From assembly GCA_964016885.1 (NCBI GenBank), contig OZ024759.1:33294001-33358000 (forward strand): 64,000 nt of DNA, in the 5' to 3' direction. Of the stretch, positions 17,271 through 30,879 are shown piece after piece. The stretch's first letter is position 1. The number at the start of each line of letters is the position of its first letter. Source of the stretch: Eledone cirrhosa. Its lineage: Eukaryota. A program made the position numbers and the translations under genes. Below the pieces are notes generated by a model, which was not told the DNA's origin, searched no databases, and was given only the letters and a program-made list of their open reading frames with translations.

Positions 17271-17860
17271 TTGTATGGTAACATGTATCCCAGTACAACC
17301 TGTCACATGGTCGGGTCGTTGGCGACTAAACTGGCGACTCCACGAAGGTTTCTTTGTGAGGAGGGTGACTTTCGACATCCTGCAGGACTAAAAACAAAAC
17401 CTGTCAAAGGGCAAAGGAGCTCTTAAGAGTCAATGGCCATCCAAAATCACCGGGAGAGATGACCCCTTAGCCTTTGTCAAGGCAGAATTCTAGGAGAAGG
17501 AAAACTCTGATATAACACCTGCAACCCTGATGGTATCCAATGATGTTGACTTGTTCTTCTTTTTGGTAAATATCATCTTGGTTAAGAGAGTGGGACTGGC
17601 TTTGTGCAGTGCCTTTTCTCACTATAAAAGCTTCACGGCACAGGCATTGCTTTATATCTGGAGATCTCTCTGCACTTGTCGTCACATGGTACCATGGACC
17701 CAGCACTATGTGTTAGTAATTGTCACAAGTGTAGTGTTTGTACCAGAGTTTTCAAGTCGCTGGCTGGACTAAAAAGTCACACTTGTTCAGCGCATCGGTA
17801 GGGGTTCTCCTACATGGATATAAAGTAGTGGCTGTACTCGAAAACGAGTTGGCAGCCACC
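17271..17860 (+). mobile_element. Non-autonomous bipartite RTE-derived retroelement (5'-UTR part fused to the 3' end), 590 bp
   Basis: 11-bp TSD atgtatacaag (17260-17270 and 17861-17871). RTE 5'-UTR-like motif ctaggagaaggaaaactctga at ~17489-17510. The 3' part encodes a degenerate C-terminal zinc-finger-like CSVCTRVFKSLAGLKSH and ends in a stem-loop (gtggctg...ctcgaaaacgag...cagccac). Other copies at 1-46 and 63817-64000. Confidence 0.8.
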
Positions 17861-18065
17861 ATGTATACAAGCATGTACATGAAATATAGATAACTATTGT
17901 GTATATGTCATTCACGATTTCTACATGCATTTTTACACAACGTCTGCTCTTATACATACATGTATACCTGCATCTGCTGCCATTTCTCTATACGCAGGTC
18001 ATCTTACTAGACTGCATATATACGAGAGTCGACACCTACCATGTATCATTATACCTATCTTATAT

Positions 18066-18260
18066 ATATAAGGGCGAGGGATTGGCAGTATCGGTAGAGG
18101 GTCGGACGCCATGCTTTGCGGCACAGTTACGTCCCTTTACGGACTGAGTTTTAATCCCGCCGAGGTTAACTTTGCCTTTCATCCTTACGGGGTCGATAAA
18201 ATAAAGTACCAGTAATACACTGGCATAATTGCTGGCCTTGTGCCAACAGTACAAACAATG
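18066..18260 (+). mobile_element. Full-length tRNA-derived SINE with Meta-like domain
   Basis: A-box-like tggcagtatcgg; B-box-like gagttttaatccc; Meta-like ttaactttgcctttcatccttacggggtcgataaaataaagtaccag. 15-bp TSD atacctatcttatat (18051-18065 and 18261-18275). Confidence 0.92.
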
Positions 18261-18297
18261 ATACCTATCTTATATTGATGTACACACACACACACAC

Positions 18298-18399
<102 letters not shown>

Positions 18400-19149
18400 C
18401 ATGATTATTATCACCACATCTAACTATACTTCTGTCAACATTTCCAGACCACCAATAACAATACCAACACTAACAACAAGACCACAAACAATCGCTCCTT
18501 CCTAAGTTAGAAAAACTATAGCCAGACTCAACGCCAACAAAATGACCAACATCTTTAAAATGAACACCACAACCATCATAATCAACTGCTACTACACGCA
18601 TTACCAGACATCATTTGTCTCCACCCTAACACCTGGCTAGGCAACACAGTAGCCTATCCCTGTCTAGCCACCACCATGCCATCATCCCCCATCACATTCC
18701 AACACCTAAGAAATGAAGAAAAAATCAATAAGCTCTGATCAAACGGAATAGTATAAAACTAATATTGATCTTCGGCATGTATGGCGTCAGTCATGTATGA
18801 AAATCTCGTCGAAAATACGAAATTTACATCTAATCTAACCCGATATGCCCTCAACCTCCTCTTTCCATATGGCAACACCAACATCATCATCACTGGCCGG
18901 ATATACTGACCGATTCTCTCCCTTTATTTTATCTTACTCTCCATATTTCTTAAACTAGCAACTACTGGATTAGCCATGATATCTTTAGGCAACATCCTTG
19001 GACTGAATGAAACGAGAATTTAACGAGAATGTCAAACAGTATATTTCTGTTTCTTCCCTTACGTACAGTCAGAGGTAATTAAACTAATATTTTATTAATG
19101 ATAAGTGAGAGGCATATATGCTGTTATCTCTTCATGCCTAGTTATCTAT

Positions 19150-20350
<1,201 letters not shown>

Positions 20351-20619
20351 ACGTACATGTATGTAATATTTATACATGCATTACAGATGCAATAAAGATC
20401 AAAGTATGGAACCAAACCTTCGATATTGTGTATATTATACACACTCCATGATGCTCCCCCTCCCTCTCGCCCTCTCTCTCCCTCTCTTTCTCTACCTCTA
20501 CCTCACTCATCCCTCGCCCTCTCTCGTACTCTAGTTATCTCTGTCTCTCTGTATCTCTCTTATTTTTTTATCCTTACTTACATGTCTATTTTTGTCTATG
20601 TCTTCTAAATTGTATAGCT

Positions 20620-20735
20620 TCCATCTCTTCTCCTTCCCTGTGTGTCTTTTTCTATCTCTATTTTCTCTCTCTCTCTACTCCCTTCTCTATCTCTCTCTCT
20701 TCTCCTTCCCTGTGTGTCTTTTTCTATCTCTATTT

Positions 20736-20767
<32 letters not shown>

Positions 20768-20950
20768 TTCCCTGTGTGTCTTTTTCTATCTCTATTTTCT
20801 CTCTCTCTCTCTAACCCCCTCTCTATCTCTCTCTCTTCTCCTTCCCTGTGTGTATTTTTCTATCTCTATTTTCTCTCTCCTCATCCCTCGCCCCTCTCTC
20901 TCTTCTCCTTCCCTGTGTGTATTTTTCTATCTCTATTTTCTCTCTCTCTT
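20620..20950. repeat. Pyrimidine-rich minisatellite, 5 copies of ~60-70 bp
   Basis: Recurrent tctcttctccttccctgtgtgt(c/a)tttttctatctctattttctctc. Confidence 0.9.
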
Positions 20951-21069
20951 TTCCCTCCCCTCTCTCGCCCTCTATGGTTGCTAACTTTGTTTGTGAGGTA
21001 CACTACACAACAACAAGCATCACAATAACGAGGATGGGGATAAACATCAATATAACAATAATAAAAATA

Positions 21070-21330
21070 ATAATTGTTTCTACGTTTGGCACAAGGCCAG
21101 CAATTATCCAGTCCATTACTGGTACTTTGTTAATAATAATAATAACAAGAATTGTTTCTGATTTAGGCACAAGGTCAACGATTTTGAGGACGGGAAAGTC
21201 GATTAAATCGACCCCAGTACATTACGGGTACTTAATTTTATCGACCCCGTAAGGATAACAAGCAAAGCTAACCTGGGCAGGAGGTTTGGACTTCTGAACG
21301 TAATGGACTGTAACTCTATGCCACAGAGCA
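21070..21330 (-). mobile_element. Meta-like SINE copy plus an extra tail fragment
   Basis: ggcacaaggccagcaatt...actggtactt; ttttatcgaccccgtaaggat. Confidence 0.8.
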
Positions 21331-22439
21331 TCTTGTCCCACGATATAATTCACTTTTTCTCTCACCAATAGTTGCTAGCTTTGTGTCTAAATTCGTATGA
21401 AATCCGACCCCAAAGAACGAGAATTTTTGTGGCAACATTGACACAATGACATTAGGTTTCATTATTCTATCGTCGACCACAGAAAATGGAGATGATACCC
21501 TGGGTCTCGAAGTAACGGGAATTCCACAAACATTTGATGTTTATTTAACACTTTAACAATTCTGCTAATTCTCCACCATTTTTGTTAACAATAATAACAA
21601 CAACATAAATAAAACAACCCCACTAACAAAGTCAAGTTTCAGTTAAATTTAATGTAATTTTGCTTTTAATTAAATTATTTCGTTAATTTCTCTACATGTG
21701 TATTTATAACAACTTTACTATTTTTCTTAAGTATTTTGTTTACCATTCGCATTTGTTTTCCTCATATATTTTTGTTGTGTTTGCTCTTTTTGTTGCTGTC
21801 GTTGTTGTTATTGTTGTTACGAAGTTTATTACTGTTAATTTTATTGTTTTTGATCTAGAGGTTGTTGTTGTTATGTTTATATTATTTTATTATATTTTAT
21901 TTTGTTTTGTTTTATCTCTCAATCGACATATTTTTTTTATTATTTTTTTTACTGAAATGCGGTTTTTTAAAAGATATATTTTTAATAAATATAGCTACAC
22001 GGCATTTCTCTGTCCTATTTATAGCCCATAATTTAGATGAATATTCCATACTAATGGCAGTTTCTTATTTTAATTAGTTTCATATGTTTCTTAATTGTTA
22101 ATTGCTCCTCTCATTAGTTCGCTGTTCCAGCCTTTAACGACTCAATGGACAGATATTTTTTTACACAGTTAATTTCAAAGAAACAACTTAAACGTCAAGA
22201 TTATAAATGGTTTCTCGGTTAAGAAGAGGGCCAGCAATTTATTACAAGAAGAAAGCAAGTCCATTAAATTTGAACCTATTACTTAACTTTTACCTAGATT
22301 TATGATCTCGGAAAGATGAAGACCAGGAAATGGCAAATGCAATCCATTAACGGAACTGTAAGATCATGTAAAACATTCCAAACATTTACCATATAATAAT
22401 TGCATGTACACACGTTTAGCTACGGAAACATTATATGTG

Positions 22440-22525
<86 letters not shown>

Positions 22526-22608
22526 CATTTATTTGTATTTATATATATTTATATGTTTATATATATATATATGCGTGTATGTATATATATGTATATATAT
22601 ATTTATAT

Positions 22609-22657
<49 letters not shown>

Positions 22658-22943
22658 TACATATATATATATGTGTGTGTGTGTGTATGTATATAAGTAC
22701 ACATGTATAATTCCCACCATACATAACCATACACGCGCTCTGATACCATACTTGCACACATACCTACACGCCGACTAACATACATAATTATCCTGTTCCT
22801 GTTGTGAAAATACTAATTAAGAGGCGTTGTACCTGGCTTAGAAACAGTTCCTCTCTCTCCCTCACTGACTCACTTCCTCTCACGCCTCATTTATTGGTGT
22901 TAAATTAAAACAATATAAAACCAGAAGAATTTACATGCACATA

Positions 22944-23024
<81 letters not shown>

Positions 23025-23958
23025 ATATATATATATATTTGTGTGTGTGTGTATATATATAAGTGTGAACGTGTGATATTTCTATGTATACCTAAGTATC
23101 AATAGGCCTATATTTCGTGAGGAGTTACAACAACAAATCAGAATTTTTGAAAACGATTGCGAATTATCTGCAATTACAATAAACGACCAGAGCTTACAAT
23201 CTGTGTGTGATATTGAGATAACCTGAACAGAATGAATGCGAGTGGAGATCATGTGTCGAATATAAGCTTGGTTCATGAAGTTAAATTTATAGTTGATGGC
23301 GAAGATTATATAAGTTGAGCTGAAGATGGGGGAATGAAGTCACAATGAGCTGAGCTCAGTGTGGGTGAATGAAAAGGAGAATATCTCAGCTGAAGGTAGG
23401 TGAATGACGATGCAATGAGCTGAGAGAAATGTGGGTGAATGTAAACACGAATTGCTGAGAGGAGTTTAGGTGAATAAAGATGCAAAGTACTGACTGGTAA
23501 ATGGAGAATAACTATGCATGGACTTGAGTTCATGGTGAGTGTTGAGGAGGAGATAATGTTAGCTGAAGGTGGATGAATGGAGGAGGATGAGATGATATAA
23601 GTGGTGATGAAGATGGATAGTTGAACTCTGAATGAGTTCGTCTGAATTTGTGTGGGTGAAGACGCGAAGAACTGAGCCTACAATGGCTGAATATATGATT
23701 GAAGAGAGCGGGAACTAAAGGTATGTCGGGGTAAGAGGAGATGAACTGATTTGAAAGAATGTTGAAGAAGAGGAGCTGAGCTGAGCTGAATTCATGTGGG
23801 AGGAGGTAAGGTGAGCTGAAGGAGGATGGGGAGAATGAGATGAGTTGTACTAAAAGAAAGTAGGTTACGACATGAGCTCAGCTATGTGTGACATGACGTA
23901 AAAGTTATCGTTGTACATACACAGTTACCGTTTTTGAAACTCTTTCTCTCACCCACCA

Positions 23959-23994
<36 letters not shown>

Positions 23995-24504
23995 TGTTGT
24001 GTGTAAATTCTAATTTTATTATTTGTATATATGTGTGTGTTTTTTTGTCATAGTCTTTGATACATAGTTTATGATGTTTCGTGTTTTTACTTTCTCTCGT
24101 TCATTGAACCGAAACAAGGTAATAATGCTTTCTTCATGTTTCATCGAGTATGAAAACAGTGTTGTGCCCCCTCCACCCACCCCTATTAATACTGATGAAT
24201 TTATTAAGATCGTCTCTTTTATGTATTAAAGGAAAACACAAATAGAATATGAAACACACACAAATATAGTTTGCTTTGTGCAGGTTTTATGGGAATATGA
24301 TATGCAAAGAAAAATATACAAAAAATTATAATTTTAATATATGGAATGGAAACTCTTTGACAAAATATCGTAAAGAATTACTCGCTTTTTTTGTTTAATT
24401 AGTATAAAGTAGAAATAGAAACAAATTTTTTCTCAAATTAAAATTAGAAAAAATATGTAAAATCTCGAAATATTTCAAAGCAAATAAAATAAATAATCAT
24501 ATAA

Positions 24505-24535
<31 letters not shown>

Positions 24536-24717
24536 TAACAACACCAACAACATGCATATCTATAACAATCATCATCGTCCTATCACAATATTGTAATAAT
24601 TAGCTTCAATATTATCATTATAAATATAGTAATAATAAAAATAACAAACACACAGCTATAAACAATAACAATAAAAATAATAATAACACTAGCGATAATA
24701 AAAGCAATGAGGATGGG

Positions 24718-24737
24718 ATGAAGAAGAAGAAGAACGA

Positions 24738-24781
<44 letters not shown>

Positions 24782-24827
24782 AAAGGAAAGAAGAAGAAGA
24801 AGAAGAACGAAAGAAGAAGAATAAGAA

Positions 24828-24858
<31 letters not shown>

Positions 24859-24887
24859 AAGAAGAAGAAGAAGAAGAAGAAGAAGAA
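24718..24887. repeat. (GAA)n microsatellite
   Basis: Direct reading. Confidence 0.95.
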
Positions 24888-25380
24888 ATGACAATAGCAA
24901 CTACAATAACAATATAATTTGGTGGGAGGGAGGGGGTGATTCGTCCATAAACATGCTTAGCCCTTAGCCTACAGATTTACTGTCACCTTAAATTACTTTC
25001 ATACAGTTTCCTCTCTCCAGTATGTTAGCAATGTTATATCGCAGACAAATCAGGATTTGTTGTTGCTTTTTTACCGCTTCTACCTGCAGTCATAAAATTT
25101 CAAGTCTTTTGAAGGTGAACATTAACTGCCTTTAATATCTCCATGGTCCCAGAGAGCTTACACAGAGCATGTCAATTGTCCGACTCTGGCGGATATTTTT
25201 TGAAAAGAAATTGAGACACAGAAAACGAAGGTTTTATTACTGTATTACAAAAAATAAAGTTTTATATGAGATAACGAAAGAACTTGAGCTGTTTATATCC
25301 AGAGGTAATTGTGTTGAGAGAGAAAGAGAAAAATTACGCCACAGAAATAGGTCTGAGTAGTTTGTCAAGCAGCATATGTA

Positions 25381-25519
<139 letters not shown>

Positions 25520-25616
25520 GCGTGTGCGTGTTCAAATCACGGCTCAGAAAAACCTCTTTCTTCGAGCTATTTAATTGTAAGAGACTATTTTGAATTTCTA
25601 ACTCAATATATACCTT

Positions 25617-25693
<77 letters not shown>

Positions 25694-25823
25694 TAAAAGG
25701 AATTCCAACTTTGTTTGATTTACTCGTTTTATTTACAATCCTTTAACATTTATAATGGTATTAGAATGAAATAGTATGGTAGAATATTAAATGTTAAGTG
25801 TTCTTGAACAAGTACTTTCATGC

Positions 25824-25936
25824 TTTCGCAATCTTCAGTTTCATATGCTGTGGTGATAGTCAAGTTTGCAATTTTCAACTGTCGAAAATTGCAAACTTGA
25901 CTGTCACCACACATTATGAACCTGAAGATTGCGAAA
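25824..25936. repeat. ~113-bp near-perfect palindrome (MITE-like hairpin)
   Basis: Arms 25824-25876 and 25884-25936 are reverse complements with a few mismatches; 7-nt loop. Confidence 0.85.
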
Positions 25937-25948
25937 TATATATATATA

Positions 25949-26027
25949 CAGGGTGTACCCACCAAAGTGTGTATACTTTTCAGTAATCTGCTTTTGAGGT
26001 GTGTATACGTTTGTTGCGACATCGTGC
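25949..26027. mobile_element. Degenerate ~80-bp Tc1/mariner-type MITE
   Basis: Starts TA-CAGGGTGT (Tc1-like terminus); the right end is a decayed inverted copy; TA flanks. Confidence 0.4.
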
Positions 26028-26364
26028 ATATATATATATATACATAAGTGTGTGTGTGTAGCTAACGGAAGTATGTACTCTGCTCATCTGTGTTCGAATG
26101 TTCATAATAGGAACCTAGATAACCATTCAGTGAGTGAAGAAATAGACAAAGCTATGTCTGTTCTATTCGACTGACTTCGTCTCCTAATTATAAATATATA
26201 TATATATATGCATGCATGTATGCATACATATACAGACATACATACATGCATATATACAATGTCCTCTTTCAGAGTCATATTTTTTTAAAACCAATTTTAA
26301 ACTACTAATATATTCGAGCTATAGAGACAGCTGTATAATATGTGGAACACTACAGTAAAGATAT

Positions 26365-26528
26365 TTACATACATATAATAATATATGTGTACAATATGTG
26401 TACATACATATAATAATATGTGTACAATATGTGTACATACATATAATAATATGTGTGTACAATATGTGTACATACATATAATAATATATGTGTACATTAT
26501 GTGTACATACATATAATAATATATGTGT
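26365..26528. repeat. Minisatellite of ~31-35 bp units, ~5 copies
   Basis: tacatacatataataatatatgtgtacaatatgtg repeated. Confidence 0.9.
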
Positions 26529-26669
26529 AGAAAGACACGCCGCACACATCCTCACTCCCACAAGACTTTAGATGCATACATGCAAACATCAAAACACTGA
26601 CACCATGAAATATCTATATAGACAAATATATAGGCAGTCAACACACTATATTTTAATAACTTTACACTG

Positions 26670-26722
<53 letters not shown>

Positions 26723-26879
26723 TTATTTATTTATTTATTTATAAACGCCACGAGAGTTTAACACAGTTGCGTATCTGATCTGAAATATGTGTGTCCATGT
26801 GTACACACACACACACACACATATATTTGAAATTGTATAGGCACTTGAAGAATGCCCATATATATATATATATATATAT

Positions 26880-26948
<69 letters not shown>

Positions 26949-27309
26949 GTGTTATATATATAGCTATACACATTAAGTCCGTTATACATAGACACATACC
27001 TACAAACATTAATTTAATGTATACAATATATTTACTTAAGCATGTGTGTGTATGTGTTTGCTATGCTATTGAGTATATATGTGTGTGAATGTATTCTATA
27101 TTAATATATTGAACTATATTTACAAAACCTGGTAAATAAAAAAAAAAACTAATTTAATTTTCTCTTCTTTTTTTTCTGATAAATATGTTTTTTAATATAT
27201 TCAGAAAGCCATAAGGAATTGTCACCTGACGAGAAGTGTACTTTATATCTGCAATGGCTGTGATTTCGTTCCCAGATAAACATAATTTCTCATTATTTCT
27301 GGTGCCATT

Positions 27310-27662
27310 TCGAGCACTATTCTTTGCGGCATGTAGGTACGTTCATTCCCGTTCTGATTTCAAATTTCTCCAAGGTTAGCTTTGCCTTCCATCCTTACAG
27401 GGTCAGTAAAATAAAGTACCAGTAACGTACTGGTTCGATTTAAGCGACATTCCCCTACCCCAAAATTGCTGAGCTTGTGCCTATAGTAGAAACAGTTATT
27501 GACGGTAGAACGTCAGACACTATGCTTTGCAACATCGTTATGACCGTTTAGGTTCTGAGTTCAAATCTCGCCAAGATTAGCTTTGGCTTTCATCTTTACA
27601 GTACCAGTAATACACTGGAGTAATTGCTGGCATTGTGCAAAAAGTAGAAACAATTATTGACG
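27310..27662 (+). mobile_element. Tandem pair of Meta-like SINE copies
   Basis: ttagctttgccttccatccttacagggtcagtaaaataaagtaccag, then a second copy ctgagttcaaatctcgcc...gtaccagtaatacactgg...gtagaaacaattatt. Confidence 0.8.
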
Positions 27663-28094
27663 GTGTTGAGTACTGGTTTTCACGTGATGTGGTCAATTTT
27701 GATTGATTCTTTATGGTGTCGTTAAAATAAATACCCGGGGAGGATTTAATCGGCCACGTCCAACCAAACTATTGAACATATGTCTCAATTAAAAAATCGT
27801 TATTCATATTGATGATTCTTTTCTGAATTTACCCGGGGAAACATGTTTTAAGAGAATGAGGAATGGTGTCTAGCGAAGGGCTTCTGTTTGTCTCCTCTTT
27901 CATCACAGTCTCTGGTTATTTTATTAGAATCTAACATTAAGCTCGGCTGGAATCAGACCCAGATGGATCTTGGATCTAATTAGGTTTATTTACAATAGTA
28001 TATAACTCTGCTTATTAATCCGTATGGTGAGCAAATGGGGTCCCGCATGCTGGCCTCCCCACAGCCCTGGCGGGTAGGCTGGAGAAGGCGATTG

Positions 28095-28519
28095 CCCGGA
28101 GGATGGTAAGGGAGATGCGCTGGATGGTAAGGGAGATTCCCCGGAGGATGGTAAGGGAGATACGCTGGATGGTAAGGGAGATTCCCCGGAGGATGGTAAG
28201 GGAGATTCCCCGGAGGATGGTAAGGGAGATACGCTGGATGGTAAGGGAGATTCCCCGGAGGATGGTAAGGGAGATTCCCCGGAGGATGGTAAGGGAGATA
28301 CGCTGGATGGTAAGGGAGATTCCCCGGAGGATGGTAAGGGAGATACGCTGGATGGTAAGGGAGATTCCCCGGAGGATGGTAAGGGAGATGCGCTGGATGG
28401 TAAGGGAGATTCCCCGGAGGATGGTAAGGGAGATGCGCTGGATGGTAAGGGAGATTCCCCGGGGGATGGTAAGGGAGATGCGCTGGATGGTAAGGGAGAT
28501 TCCCCGGAGGATGGTAAGG
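28095..28519. repeat. GC-rich composite minisatellite: 16-bp core ggatggtaagggagat plus a 5-nt or 8-nt linker (21/24-bp units, 19 cores, the last one partial)
   Basis: Linkers are gcgct, acgct or tccccgga; the cores are invariant. Confidence 0.97.
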
Positions 28520-28861
28520 CAGAGCCATTCCAAATCGAGAGACTCACACCTGACCAAACTTCGAAAGGTTCGACGCTATATTTTCATCTATCTCAGTAAC
28601 TGGGTAAGACGCGTGTATTACTGGTATAACATCATATACATTTTAACCATCTCTCTCCCTCTCTCTTACTCTCTGTCTCTTTTATATATATATATATGTA
28701 TGTGCGTGTGTATGTGTGTATGTGTGTGTGTGTGTCTGCGTGTATCGATATACTATCAACAAATACAATGACTTGTGTGACTCTTCTAATATTATTGATG
28801 CACCTCTTGGGTCTCCATACAATTGATTTGTTCTATTGTATATTAATGGAGAAAAACACAG

Positions 28862-28895
<34 letters not shown>

Positions 28896-28937
28896 GTGTA
28901 TATATATATATACACGTGTATATATATATATATATAT

Positions 28938-28983
<46 letters not shown>

Positions 28984-29061
28984 GTGTATGTATATATATA
29001 TACACATATATATATATATATATATATAAATACACATATATATATATATATATATATAAAT

Positions 29062-29108
<47 letters not shown>

Positions 29109-30221
29109 TATGTATGCATATCATGTATGTAAAAAAATTAATATACATAAATATATACATACACACGAATAGTCACACACAGATATAGATATATATATAC
29201 ACGCATATATATATATAGATATATATATATATAGAGAGAGAGAGAGATAGCGGAAGAGTGAGTGTGAGAGAGTGAGACAAAGCGATAGTGGTAGATATAG
29301 CGAGTGAGGAGAGAGGAGAAGAGAGATGGCGGGAGAGGGATAGGGGGCAAGAGATAGAGGGAAAGATAAATAGATAGAGAGATACAGAAAGGGAGAGAGA
29401 TAGAGGAACAGCTATAGAGGTAAAGAGACAGAGATAGAGGGACAGATATAGAGATAAAGAGACAGAGATAGAGGGCAAGAGATAGAGGTAAAGCTATAGA
29501 GAGAGAGGAAAAGATAGAGAGATGTAGATAGAGGGAGAGCGATAGAGGTAGATAGAGGAAGAGAGATAAAAGAAAATGAGATAGAGTTACTAGGAAACAG
29601 AGTCAGCACTAAAAGAATACAAAGAATAATAAATTATTTTTCAGGCCCTACTCTTTTGTAATTAATTAAGAATAGTACAAGAAATAGATTTGGCTGTAAA
29701 GTCTTGCCAGAAAGATCTGTTTGATTTTCACTTGAATTCCACAGGGTGTAATTTATCTTAGCACAAGGCTCCTGCCCCACCACCAACACAACAACCACCA
29801 CAACCATCACCACTAGTCTATTAAATCTTCACAACAAAAACCGTGATTAGTCTTTTTAATAAAATACTTCATGAACAAGAACCGTAATTCATTGCATCCC
29901 GAAAACGTAGCCATTTTATTTTTATCTACATCCATTAAAGATAGGGAAGCAAGGAACTGATCAAACGACGTATATGCACTTGAACTATGAATTCAAAACT
30001 AAATAGGTAGGTAGGACAGTGTACTGGGAAATATGAAGGAAATTGCCTCGTCCCTTCATCATATATACAATTATATATGTGCATATGTTCATATATATAT
30101 ATATATATAAAATTAGAATTGGTGCACCAATTCTAATTTTCAATTTCTGATTGACCGGTAACCGCTCTGTATAACCAGTTCCTTATTAATACTAAAATTC
30201 TATAAGAATCAAACATTCATG

Positions 30222-30316
30222 ATTTTCAGCAAACAGGTGGAGTAGTTAGCTTTGATAAGCACCAACAAGTGCGAAACAGAAGTATGTCAGCTTTATCTCC
30301 CCTGTTTGCTGAAAAT
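30222..30316 (+). ncRNA. Type I hammerhead ribozyme, U3-A8 core variant, extended stem I
   Basis: Stem I agct (30248-51); core UUGAUAA (30252-58); stem II gcac-caacaa-gtgc; GAAA (30273-76); stem III ACA/UGU with loop gaagta; GUC triplet (C17 = 30288); stem I' agct. The distal stem I is a perfect 16-bp helix, 30222-30237 with 30301-30316. Confidence 0.8.
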
Positions 30317-30417
30317 TAAAGTAAGTGAGAGTGTCACTACTCTAAATCAATAGCGTAAGGTCTTCGAAATGCTTTTAATTAAACATACAGTTTATTGCAA
30401 AATACACAGTATATACA

Positions 30418-30452
<35 letters not shown>

Positions 30453-30502
30453 CTTATCCCGGGTTCAATCAGGGTAACCGCAGTAAGTAAGGTACTCAAT
30501 AC

Positions 30503-30594
<92 letters not shown>

Positions 30595-30699
30595 CACAAG
30601 AGCAAGAATGAAGGGTTCGTTCCACTGACATGTCTTTAAAAATGTGGCTTGTTTGCATAATTGCAAACGATTCGAATGTTATTATTAACTTTGTTAACT

Positions 30700-30800
30700 T
30701 TGGTTAACTTTGCCTTTCATCCTTCCGGGGTCGATAGAGTAAAGCACCAGTAATGCATTGGGTAATTGCTGGCCTTGTGCCAAAAGAAGAAACAATTATT
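30700..30800 (+). mobile_element. Meta-like SINE 3' half
   Basis: ttaactttgcctttcatccttccggggtcgatagagtaaagcaccag...ggccttgtgcc. Confidence 0.85.
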
Positions 30801-30879
30801 AATATTAAAAAAGCTCAGATTTTATTTATGATATATATTTATATATATATATATATATATTTGTTTTGCGTAATAATAG

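Noticed and set aside
17467-17772. Protein-looking ORFs duplicated at 63739-63990
   Set aside because: They are chance frames within a non-autonomous retroelement; the similarity reflects repeat copies.
23300-23885. Immunoglobulin switch-region-like GAGCT repeats
   Set aside because: The resemblance is superficial: apparent invertebrate context, no GGGGT partner motif and no Ig exons.
28038-28095. HDV-like fold upstream of the minisatellite (cccgc/gcggg, ggc/gcc)
   Set aside because: No convincing P2 or J4/2 could be assigned.
28095-28519. CRISPR-like array (constant repeat with variable spacers)
   Set aside because: The linkers are only 5-8 nt and recur, the context is eukaryotic, and there are no cas genes.
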